Shown piece after piece: positions 10,051 to 17,797 of a DNA stretch of 64,000 nt (its first letter is position 1; every line of letters begins with the position of its first letter). The position numbers and the translations under genes were made by a program. This stretch comes from Solirubrobacteraceae bacterium (GTDB taxonomy: Bacteria; Actinomycetota; Thermoleophilia; Solirubrobacterales; Solirubrobacteraceae): assembly GCA_035567335.1 (NCBI GenBank), contig DATMPZ010000048.1:7020-71019 (forward strand). The letters run 5' to 3'. Under the pieces are notes generated by a model. The model did no database searches, had not been told where the DNA came from, and saw nothing but the letters and a program-made list of their open reading frames with translations.

Positions 10051-11070
10051 ATGGGTGAGAGGACGATCACGCTCGTGCGCCGCCTGCGCTTCTTCGCAGG
10101 AAATCGCCCCGTGCCCGCGTTCGAGCACGTGCCGTCGCCGCCCTCCGAACGCGGCCACTGGTTACTGGCCGGCACGATCGCCGCACTCGGCGCCGCGGTG
10201 CTGGTCGCAGTCCTCACGGGACTCGTCGGGCGCTCGGCGGGCGTGCCGCCGGCCTCGCCTGTGCCGGTGCTGATCACCGCGGCCACTGCGGCTCCCGCCG
10301 CGGCCTCGGCGGACGTGTCCGCGACAGGGTCGCCCGGGGCGATCGTCGCGCACCCCTCGACCGCCGCGCAGACACAGTCGCTGGCCCGTCTCGACAGTCC
10401 GCTGCAGATGCTCGTCTCCAGCCGTTGGATGGAAGGGTTCTACCCGATCTACTCCGTCGCCCAGACCACGTTCGGCGTCAACTGGCTGCTGATCGCTTCG
10501 ATCCACGAGCAGGAGTCGGCGTTCTCGACCGCCCCCACCACTTATCGCGGTCTCAACTTTGCCGGCTGCTGTGGGGGGCCGATGCAGTTCAACGTCACCA
10601 ACGGCCCCGTCTCGACGTGGGATCTCGTCAGCAACTCCTTCCGGTACGGGCGCCGCCCGGCGGCCTACGACCATCCGACGGTGCGGCACCCGTCGATCTA
10701 TGACGACTTCGACGCGATCATGGCGGCCGCGCACCTGCTGTCCACGGATGGCGCCACGCTCGCGCTCGGCGCCGGCGCGTGGAACGCGGCGTATGACTAC
10801 TACGGTCACGACGCCGCCGGCGTCGCCTACGCCGATCAGGTGCTCGCCCGCGCGATCGGCTGGTCTCAGCACGGGTTCTGCATCAACTGCGGTCTCGACA
10901 CTTCGATGGCCGCCGCCGTGCACGCCGCCTATGGCGCTCCCGTGCTGGCGGCGCTGGAAGCCGAAGCGGCGGCGGCGAGGCAGAGGGCGACGACGACCCG
11001 CAATACGACGACCTTGTCTGCCGGAGTCAGACCGTCGAAGCACGACAGAGCGCGGCCGGGCCATACCTAA
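10051..11070 (+). CDS. Membrane-anchored lytic transglycosylase (lysozyme-like) protein
   Basis: N-terminal TM, then VNWLLIASIHEQES (catalytic Glu), GPMQF, DAIMAAAHLL. Confidence 0.75.
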   Translation: MGERTITLVRRLRFFAGNRPVPAFEHVPSPPSERGHWLLAGTIAALGAAVLVAVLTGLVGRSAGVPPASPVPVLITAATAAPAAASADVSATGSPGAIVAHPSTAAQTQSLARLDSPLQMLVSSRWMEGFYPIYSVAQTTFGVNWLLIASIHEQESAFSTAPTTYRGLNFAGCCGGPMQFNVTNGPVSTWDLVSNSFRYGRRPAAYDHPTVRHPSIYDDFDAIMAAAHLLSTDGATLALGAGAWNAAYDYYGHDAAGVAYADQVLARAIGWSQHGFCINCGLDTSMAAAVHAAYGAPVLAALEAEAAAARQRATTTRNTTTLSAGVRPSKHDRARPGHT

Positions 11071-11172
11071 GAGTCCTGACGGTCGGAGGGCAAGCGATGA
11101 AAGGACGCACCGAGCGAAGTGTGCCGATGGACGGGATCGCCGATCGGCCAGCGCCGCCATCCGACCGTCAGG

Positions 11173-12336
11173 TCAGGCCGCGTCGGCCTGCGCGATCAGC
11201 TCGCCCGCTACCCGGTCGGTCGCTGCGCCAGTCCCGCCGAGCAGGCGTCGGGAGAGCTGGGCGCGGCGGAAATACAACGGCGCGTCGTGCTCCCAGGTCG
11301 CGCCGATGCCGCCGTGCACCGAGATCATCGTGCGCGCCGCGTGGTCGAGCGCGCGCCCGGCCACCGAGCGCGCGGCTGCGGCCGCGAGCGGGAACTCCTC
11401 CGGCGCGCCGCGCCGCGCCCAGCCCGCGTAGTACAGCAGCGAGCGCCCGTTCTCCAGCTGGCGCAGCACCTCGGTGAGCGAGTGCTTTACCGCCTGGTAG
11501 GAGCCGATCGCGCGACCGAACGTGTGGCGCTCCTTGGCATACTGCACGGATACCTCCAGCGCGGTTTCGACGCTGCCCAGCGACTCCGCGGCGATCAGCG
11601 CCTGCGCGAGATGCCATGCCGCGGCGAGCGTCTCCGTCGATGCGTCCAGCACGGTCGCCGGGGCGTCTTTCAGCGTGACGTGCCCCAGCGAGCGGGTCGC
11701 GTCATAGCGCGTGATCGCCTCGACGCTCACTCCCATGGCGTCGGCCTCGATCGCCACGCCCACGGGCGTCCCCACCAACCCCTCCGCGGTCGGCGCCGGC
11801 AGCGCCACGCCGACGAGCACGTCCGCGCCGGGGGCGTCGGGCACGAACGCCAGCTCGCCGCTGACCTTCGCCGTGGAGCCCTCCGCGGCGGTGGCGGTCG
11901 GCGCCGGCGCGCGCGCGGCGCCGTGGCGGGGGTCGACGCTCCAGCGGTCCTCGACGTCGCTGGGCGGGCTCGCGGGCAGGTAGGCCGCGCGGCGCTCGCC
12001 GCTCGCCAGCGGCCCCAGCAGGGATGCGGCGTCCGCGGAGTCGTTCAGGATCGCGCTCGCCGGCAGGTGCCCGAGCAAAGGGATGCCCGCGAGCACGCGG
12101 CCGCACTCGCCGAGCACGAGCATCGCGTCGAACGCGTCCAGCCCGGCGCCGCCGTGGGCTTCGTCGATCAACAGGCCCGGCCAGCCGGCCTCGCACGCGG
12201 CGGGCCACATGTCGGGCAGCGCATCCTCGTCGCCGTCGAGCGCCTCGCGAGCGGCCTGCAGCGTCTGAAAGCGCGACAGCGCTCCGCGGGCCGCCTCGCG
12301 CAGGAACACCTGCTCGTCTGACAGCGCGAGGTTCAT
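11173..12336 (-). CDS. Acyl-CoA dehydrogenase family protein
   Basis: MNLALSDEQVFLRE, YAKERHTFGRAIGSYQAVKH, VHGGIGATWEH. Confidence 0.9.
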   Translation of the reverse strand: MNLALSDEQVFLREAARGALSRFQTLQAAREALDGDEDALPDMWPAACEAGWPGLLIDEAHGGAGLDAFDAMLVLGECGRVLAGIPLLGHLPASAILNDSADAASLLGPLASGERRAAYLPASPPSDVEDRWSVDPRHGAARAPAPTATAAEGSTAKVSGELAFVPDAPGADVLVGVALPAPTAEGLVGTPVGVAIEADAMGVSVEAITRYDATRSLGHVTLKDAPATVLDASTETLAAAWHLAQALIAAESLGSVETALEVSVQYAKERHTFGRAIGSYQAVKHSLTEVLRQLENGRSLLYYAGWARRGAPEEFPLAAAAARSVAGRALDHAARTMISVHGGIGATWEHDAPLYFRRAQLSRRLLGGTGAATDRVAGELIAQADAA

Positions 12337-12419
12337 CGTGGGATCTCCTCGGCCGGGGTGACGCCGGCGCTGCGGCGGCGGGCGTCGTGAACGGGCGTCT
12401 GCGGTGGTGCGCTCATCAT
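12333..12419 (-). CDS. 28-aa bridging mini-ORF between the two acyl-CoA dehydrogenases
   Basis: MMSAPPQTPVHDARRRSAGVTPAEEIPR; ATG overlaps the upstream TGA and its TGA overlaps the downstream ATG. Confidence 0.35.
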   Translation of the reverse strand: MMSAPPQTPVHDARRRSAGVTPAEEIPR

Positions 12420-13633
12420 GCCGCCGTCGCTTCCTTGGAGCGCAGCTCCGAGAAGGGGATGCCCTTGTCCAGCCGCGGCTCGGGCGGCAGGCCGAGCACG
12501 CGCTCGCCGATCGTGTTGCGCAGGATCTCTTCGGTGCCGCCCGCCGACTTCAGGCCGGGCAGGAAGGAGATCATGTAGGCCCACTCGCTGTCCTTCTCGA
12601 GCGCGTCGGGGCCCTGCACGTCGGCGATCAGCTCGCCGGCCCTGATCGCGCCGTTGACGATCGTGACCTTCGCGAGGCCCGCCTCCGGGCCCGGGATCTG
12701 GCCTTTCTGCAGCGCGGTCAGCGTGCGGTAGCCGGTGAACCTGACGGCCAGCAGCTCGCTCGAGATCTCGCCGAGCCGGTGTCTGACATCCGGGTCGCGG
12801 CGGGCGTGCGCGTCGCCGGCGATCGCCGCGGCGAAGCGGGTCGAGTTGTACCCGAGCCCCTCGCCGCCGAGGCCGATCGTGACGCGCTCGTACATCAGCG
12901 TCGTCAGCGCCGTGCCCCAGCCGTTGCCGACCCCGCCGACGACCGCGCCGGCATCGAGCGGCACGTCGTCGAAGAACACCTCGTTGAACTCCGCCTCGCC
13001 GGAGATCTGGCGCAGCCCGCGCACGGTCACACCGGGCGCGTCCATCGGCACGACGAACATCGTCATGCCCTTGTGCTTGGGCACGTCGGCGTCGGTGCGC
13101 GCCAGCAGCAGGCCGTAGGCGGCGAACTGGGCGTTGGTCGTCCACACCTTCTGCCCCGTCAGCCGCCAGCTGCCGTCATCCTGCAGGCGCGCGCGCGTCT
13201 GCACCGCCGCGAGGTCCGAGCCGGCGGCGGGCTCGGAGAACAGCTGGCACCAGACCTCGTCGCCGTGCAGCATCGGGCCGAGATAGCGGCCCTTCTGCTC
13301 CTCGTCGCCGTGGGCGATGATCGTCGGGCCGAGCATGCCCACGCCGATCGCGTCGAGGATGCCCGGCACTTTCGCGCGCGCGATCTCCTGGTTGCAGATC
13401 ACCTGCTCGATCGGGCCGCGGCCCTGGCCGCCGTACTCCTTCGGCCACACCACGCCCGCGAGGCCGCCCTCGGCGAGCCTGCCCTGCCACACGCGCCGGG
13501 CGGCGATGATCTCGTCCTCGTCCTCGATCGCGCCGGGACCCTGCAGGACGGGCGCTTCCGAGACGTGCTGCTCGAGCCATGCTCGCGCCTCGACGCGGTA
13601 TGCGGCCTGCTCGGGTGTGTCGTCGAGATCCAC
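12416..13633 (-). CDS. Acyl-CoA dehydrogenase family protein
   Basis: WCQLFSEPAAGSDLA, GQKVWTT, EFNEVFFDDV, GGTEEILRNTIGERVLGLP. Confidence 0.92.
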   Translation of the reverse strand: MDLDDTPEQAAYRVEARAWLEQHVSEAPVLQGPGAIEDEDEIIAARRVWQGRLAEGGLAGVVWPKEYGGQGRGPIEQVICNQEIARAKVPGILDAIGVGMLGPTIIAHGDEEQKGRYLGPMLHGDEVWCQLFSEPAAGSDLAAVQTRARLQDDGSWRLTGQKVWTTNAQFAAYGLLLARTDADVPKHKGMTMFVVPMDAPGVTVRGLRQISGEAEFNEVFFDDVPLDAGAVVGGVGNGWGTALTTLMYERVTIGLGGEGLGYNSTRFAAAIAGDAHARRDPDVRHRLGEISSELLAVRFTGYRTLTALQKGQIPGPEAGLAKVTIVNGAIRAGELIADVQGPDALEKDSEWAYMISFLPGLKSAGGTEEILRNTIGERVLGLPPEPRLDKGIPFSELRSKEATAA

Positions 13634-13833
13634 GGCTCCTCCTTCGGGCTACGCTCAGGGCGGCTGACTGACTGACCAGTCAATCGACTGCACGTAACGG
13701 TACTCCCTCTTGGACGACGGTGTCGTCGCAGGGCGCGAGCGGGAGCCCGTCGCAGACGTGGGTGGGTGTCGTCGCGAGGCGCGAGCGGGAGCCGTCGTTT
13801 GGGCGGGCGCGCCCACGCCCGCCACGCCCGTGC

Positions 13834-14943
13834 TCAGGCCCCCGGGGGGAGCGGCGGCTCGGGGACGCGCGGCTGGTGGTAGACGCCCTCGAATCCGCGG
13901 TTGAGCAGGTAGCTCGCCTGGGTGCCCGGGTCGGGAGAGCGCAGCAGCACGACCCCCAGGCGCACGCCGTCGCGCTCGGCGGTCGCCACCAGGCAGCGAC
14001 CGGCCGCGAGCGTGTAGCCGGTCTTCAGACCCGTCAGCCCGGGGTAGTGGTAGATCAGCAGCGGGTTGTTGTTGTACAGGTACAGGTAGCCGCCGTGGAT
14101 CGGGAACGGCAGCCTCGCCGTGTAGGTGCGCGCGACGCGCGCGATGCGGGGCTGGGAGAGATCGACGTGCGCGAGCAGCGCCAGGTCGGCGGCGCAGGAG
14201 AAGTTGTACCGGTCGACATAGCCCGACGGCGAGGAGTAGCGGGTGCAGCCCATCCCGAGCTGCGCCGCCCGGGCGTTCATGCGCGTGACGAAGGCGCTCG
14301 AGCTCCCGGAGATGTGTTCGGCGAGCGCGACCGCGGCGTCGTTGCCCGAGGGGAGCATCAGGCCGTAGAGCATGCTCTCCAGGCGCACGCGCCTGCCCAG
14401 CGGCAGCACGCCGACCTTCGACCCGGCCGCCATGATCGCCTGCCGTGTCACGAGCACGGGCGCGCCGGGCGGCGAGGATTCGACCGCCAGGAGCGCGGTC
14501 ATCATCTTCGTCAGGCTGGCGATGTGCAGACGCGTGTAGGGGTTTGACTGCCACAGCGCCCGGCCGGTGTCGAGGTTGAACAGCAGCCCGGCGCGCGGCG
14601 GGGTGTGGAAGGCGACGTGCACCGAGTCGCGCCGGGGGTCTCCGATGCCCGTCAGCGCGAACGGTGGGGCGCCCAGCGGCAGGCCGAGCGGCGAGCGGGT
14701 CGGACGTGCCGCGATCGGGGCGCGCGCGTGCGCGCGCGAATGCGCACGGGCGCCCGAGGCTGACGCCGACCCGTGGGTGTCCGACCTTGCCAGGGCCATC
14801 ATGACCGCCACCGCGGCGCCGATCGCCAGCGCCAGCGCGCCGATTGCCAGCGCCCGCCTGCGCGCACGGCGCCGCCGCCGGGCGGTCTCGCGCCGCCGGC
14901 GACTCCGGTCGGGGGTCATGAAAGGAGAGTCGTACATCGTCAT
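13834..14943 (-). CDS. dacA: D-alanyl-D-alanine carboxypeptidase (peptidase S11)
   Basis: SxxK (ASLTK), SxN (SGND), KTG triad; N-terminal basic stretch plus TM; start set at ATG 14943. Confidence 0.88.
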   Translation of the reverse strand: MTMYDSPFMTPDRSRRRRETARRRRRARRRALAIGALALAIGAAVAVMMALARSDTHGSASASGARAHSRAHARAPIAARPTRSPLGLPLGAPPFALTGIGDPRRDSVHVAFHTPPRAGLLFNLDTGRALWQSNPYTRLHIASLTKMMTALLAVESSPPGAPVLVTRQAIMAAGSKVGVLPLGRRVRLESMLYGLMLPSGNDAAVALAEHISGSSSAFVTRMNARAAQLGMGCTRYSSPSGYVDRYNFSCAADLALLAHVDLSQPRIARVARTYTARLPFPIHGGYLYLYNNNPLLIYHYPGLTGLKTGYTLAAGRCLVATAERDGVRLGVVLLRSPDPGTQASYLLNRGFEGVYHQPRVPEPPLPPGA

Positions 14944-15119
14944 CGTCGCGGAGGGTTCAGCATCGCGCCGACGATCCCGATCCCGAGCAGCACGAGCACG
15001 AAGATCGAGACGGCGCTCAGCAGCGTAAACCCTTGCTGGGACACCGCGCTGAGGGTCAGGAACGCGAAGCCGGCGATGAACAGCAGCGCGGCGGCGAGGA
15101 CGAGCCGGCGGCGGGTCAT
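14940..15119 (-). CDS. Small two-TM membrane protein (59 aa)
   Basis: MTRRRLVLAAALLFIAGF...GIGIVGAMLNPPRR; ATGA overlap with dacA. Confidence 0.7.
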   Translation of the reverse strand: MTRRRLVLAAALLFIAGFAFLTLSAVSQQGFTLLSAVSIFVLVLLGIGIVGAMLNPPRR

Positions 15120-15238
15120 GCGAACATGGGTCCGGTGAGGCCGGAGCTGAGCTGCGGCGCGAGCCACGCGTCGAGCAGCAGCGCGGCCGAGATCTCGGCG
15201 ATCGTCGTCGGGAAGCGATCTCGCTGGATGTCGGCCAT
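15116..15238 (-). CDS. Possible 40-aa small ORF
   Basis: MADIQRDRFPTTIAEISAALLLDAWLAPQLSSGLTGPMFA; stop overlaps the next ATG; no clear RBS. Confidence 0.3.
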   Translation of the reverse strand: MADIQRDRFPTTIAEISAALLLDAWLAPQLSSGLTGPMFA

Positions 15239-15290
15239 GAGCGGCAGGATCGCGTGAGCCTATCCGCGCGACGCCGGCCGCCGGCACGGT

Positions 15291-15380
15291 CCGCCTGAAA
15301 GCGGCCGACGGCGCGGTGCGCCCGAAAGCAGCCGATGGGCCCGATGCGTCCCCGAAAGCGGCCGATGAGCGCGATGCGCT
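15291..15380. repeat. Three degenerate ~30-bp tandem repeats after the lipA stop
   Basis: Core (C/T)GAAAGC(G/A)GCCGA(T/C)..GC(G/C)CG(A/G)TGCG recurring three times within 15291-15380. Confidence 0.6.
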
Positions 15381-15389
15381 CCGAGGGAG

Positions 15390-16355
15390 CTACGCGCTCG
15401 CGGCGAGCGGCCCGACGCCCCCGCGTCGCTGGGGAACGTGCTGGTCGGCGTGGTAGGAGGAGCGCACGAGCGGTCCGGCGGCGACGTGGTCGAAGCCGAG
15501 CTCGTACGCGGCGCGCTCCAGCGCGGCGAACTCGTCGGGATGCCAGTAGCGCACGACCGGCAGATGGCGCTCGGAGGGGCGCAGGTACTGTCCGACCGTG
15601 AGCACCCGCACGCCATGAGCGCGCAGGGCGGCGAACGTCTGCACCAGCTCCTCGTGGGTCTCGCCGAGACCCACCATCAGCCCGGACTTGGTCACGACCT
15701 CGCCCTCGCCGAGCTCGCCTGCGAGCGCCAGCACGCGGCAGGAGCGGGCGAACTCCGAGCCGCGGCGCGCCAGCGGATACAGCCGCGGGACGACCTCGAC
15801 GTTGTGGTTGAACACATCCGGGCGCTCGGCGATCACCTTCGCCAGGGGCATCTCCTGACCCTGGAAGTCGGGCGTCAGCACCTCCACCCGGCAGTCGGGC
15901 GCCTGGCGGCGGACCTGGCGGATCACGCCGACGAACGCCGCGGCGCCCTTGTCGGGCAGGTCGTCGCGATCGACCGACGTGATGACGGCGTGGCGCAGGC
16001 CCATACGCGCGATCGAGCGCGCGACCCGCGCGGGCTCGAGCGGATCGTTCCAGGTGGGCTTGCCGGTCTTGACGTTGCAGAACCCGCAGCGGCGCGTGCA
16101 GGTGTCGCCGAGGATCATGAACGTCGCGGTGCCCCGCTCCCAGCACTCGCCGACGTTCGGGCAGGCCGCCTCCTGGCAGACGGTGTGCAGGTTCTCCGAG
16201 CGGATCAGCTCGGTCAGCTCGCGGTAGCGCTCGCCGCCGGGCGGGGGCACCTTGAACCACGGAGGCTTGCGCTCGCGCAGCGGGCGGACGTTCGAGCCGA
16301 GCACGCTCAGCACGTCCATGCCTCCGGGGTTCGCGCGCGAACGGGTGGCGCTCAT
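15390..16355 (-). CDS. lipA: Lipoyl synthase
   Basis: CQEAACPNVGEC, CTRRCGFC radical-SAM motif, RSSY. Confidence 0.97.
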   Translation of the reverse strand: MSATRSRANPGGMDVLSVLGSNVRPLRERKPPWFKVPPPGGERYRELTELIRSENLHTVCQEAACPNVGECWERGTATFMILGDTCTRRCGFCNVKTGKPTWNDPLEPARVARSIARMGLRHAVITSVDRDDLPDKGAAAFVGVIRQVRRQAPDCRVEVLTPDFQGQEMPLAKVIAERPDVFNHNVEVVPRLYPLARRGSEFARSCRVLALAGELGEGEVVTKSGLMVGLGETHEELVQTFAALRAHGVRVLTVGQYLRPSERHLPVVRYWHPDEFAALERAAYELGFDHVAAGPLVRSSYHADQHVPQRRGGVGPLAASA

Positions 16356-17209
16356 ACGGGGGCTCCGTGGCCGGTTACGGGGGTGAGGGCGTCAGGGGCG
16401 GTCGGGCTTTGACCGATCAAAGATCGGCCAGCATCCGCGCAGGCGGTTCCCGCTCGGCGCGGGTTGGCGCTGGCCGATCGGAGATCCCGTCGATCTCCGA
16501 TCGGTATCCGGCCCCGCATCAGCTCGGATCGCGAGACAGCCCGCGGGCGCCGGTGACAGGCGTCGGCGAAGTGGTCCGCCATGCGTGTCCGAAAGCCGTC
16601 CGGATCGATCGTGCGTCCGGAAGGAAGCTCGCGGGCGATCGAGGTCATCGTCACGTCCGGGAGACCGCAGGCGATCACCCACGAGAACGGCGCGAGATCG
16701 ACGTCGACGTTGACGGCGAATCCATGGGTGGCGATGCCGCGCGAGACGTGCACGCCGATCGAGGCGATCTTGCGGTCCTCCACCCACACGCCGGTATAGT
16801 CGGGTCCCTCTTCGCAACGCGAACGCGCCTTTACGCCGTAGCCGGCCAGCGCGGCAATGATCGCGGCTTCCATCGTGCGCAGATGCGCGCCGATGTCATC
16901 GACGCGCATGATCGGATAGCCGACCAGCTGGCCGGGACCGTGGTAGGTGACGCGCCCGCCGCGGTCTGTCTCGACGACCTCGATGCCACGCGCGCGGTAG
17001 AGGTCCTCGCCGAGCGTCAGCTCCCCCGGCGCCGAGCGCCGTCCGCGCGTGTAGACGGGCGGATGTTCGAGCAGCAGCAGCGTGTCTGGCAGCTCCCCGG
17101 TCAGCCGGAGTTCGCGGATGTGCAGTTGCAGGGCGAGCGCGTCGCGGTAGGAGGCCGTGCCCAGGTGGTGCACCCATAGCTCCGGTGAGGACGGTTTGGC
17201 TTCGATCAT
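16352..17209 (-). CDS. lipB: Lipoyl(octanoyl) transferase with a repeat-derived C-terminal extension
   Basis: LLLLEHPPVYTRG, DRGGRVTYHGPGQLVGYP, KIASIG, HGFAVN; start set at ATG 17209. Confidence 0.93.
   Translation of the reverse strand: MIEAKPSSPELWVHHLGTASYRDALALQLHIRELRLTGELPDTLLLLEHPPVYTRGRRSAPGELTLGEDLYRARGIEVVETDRGGRVTYHGPGQLVGYPIMRVDDIGAHLRTMEAAIIAALAGYGVKARSRCEEGPDYTGVWVEDRKIASIGVHVSRGIATHGFAVNVDVDLAPFSWVIACGLPDVTMTSIARELPSGRTIDPDGFRTRMADHFADACHRRPRAVSRSELMRGRIPIGDRRDLRSASANPRRAGTACADAGRSLIGQSPTAPDALTPVTGHGAPV
16411..16504. repeat. Composite of two inverted copies of the GATC palindromic element inside the lipB 3' end
   Basis: Full copy with a perfect 13-bp IR CCGATCGGAGATC/GATCTCCGATCGG at 16474-16504; shortened inverted copy at 16411-16432. 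Confidence 0.8.
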
Positions 17210-17286
17210 CGGCTGCAGTCTCAGGTTAGCGTCGGCCGAAGCGCTCGAAGACCTGGTGCGTTTTCGTCGTCCCATCATACGTTCGA

Positions 17287-17365
17287 TACACTATGACCTG
17301 CCAAGATGAGCGCTATTGAGTTGCTCATTCCGGGGTCCGGTTCGCCGGGCCCCGTCTTTGTTAAA
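17287..17365 (+). ncRNA. Putative antisense RNA, unit A (type I antitoxin-like)
   Basis: -10 TACACT 17287-17292; body GCCAAGATGAGCGCTATTGAGTTGCTCATT; hairpin CGGGGTCCGG-TTCG-CCGGGCCCCG 17331-17354 followed by TCTTTGTT. Confidence 0.55.
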
Positions 17366-17417
17366 CGTGCGTTCCGGCGGGCATCGGGCCCGACTCCCGC
17401 CGGAGCTGGGTTTGGCG

Positions 17418-17462
17418 CTACGTCTGGTTGCGGATGACCGCGACCAAAGCGCAATCGTCGCG
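17418..17462 (-). pseudogene. 3' remnant of a toxin-like peptide gene (unit A)
   Basis: Encodes ..VAVIRNQT-stop, paralogous to ..VAVIRSLR-stop of unit B; 5' part missing and 1-nt shift. Confidence 0.55.
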
Positions 17463-17570
17463 TTTGCGTCCCGTCATGCGTCCGGTACACTGGACGAGCC
17501 AAGATGAACTCAATGGAGTCGTTTATTCCATTGCCTCGGGGTCCGGCATGCCGGACCCCGGCTTCGTTTA
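17463..17570 (+). ncRNA. Putative antisense RNA, unit B (type I antitoxin-like), with its promoter
   Basis: TTTGCG-N17-TACACT (17463-17491); 17498-17531 complementary to codons 1-10 of the peptide mRNA; perfect palindrome CGGGGTCCGGCATGCCGGACCCCG 17537-17560 then GCTTCGTTT. Confidence 0.6.
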
Positions 17571-17621
17571 AAGGGCGCCCCGGCGGGCCCGAGGCCGACT
17601 CCCGCCGGAGCTTGGGTGGCG

Positions 17622-17690
17622 CTATCTCAGGCTGCGGATGACCGCGACCATGAGCGTAATCGCCAGAATGAACTCAACGGAGTAGTCCAT
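17622..17690 (-). CDS. 22-aa hydrophobic peptide, putative type I toxin (MDYSVEFILAITLMVAVIRSLR)
   Basis: Near-perfect SD AAAGGAGGTGA with GGAGG 7 nt before the ATG; single TM helix with basic C-end; paralogous remnant next door; 14-bp IR flanking the ORF. Confidence 0.7.
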   Translation of the reverse strand: MDYSVEFILAITLMVAVIRSLR

Positions 17691-17797
17691 CCCATCACCT
17701 CCTTTCCTGGGCCGGTCGGCCTCGGGCCGGCATGATCGGGCGGTGGGTGATAACCCGCCGACGAACCTACAGATCGCTTCGGGGATTCCTCCGAGGC

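Noticed and set aside
15291-15385. CRISPR array
   Set aside because: Repeats are adjacent and degenerate with no unique spacers; no cas genes in the window
13834-16260. 808-aa ORF as a single protein
   Set aside because: Only the last 369 aa form DacA; the upstream part overlaps lipA out of frame
17275-17502. 75-aa ORF from the track
   Set aside because: Reads through promoter, hairpins and antisense repeat; no RBS; a by-product of the repeat structure
17260-17700. CRISPR-like or riboswitch reading of the duplicated units
   Set aside because: Only two units, each explained by a peptide ORF plus antisense pairing; no known aptamer core recognised
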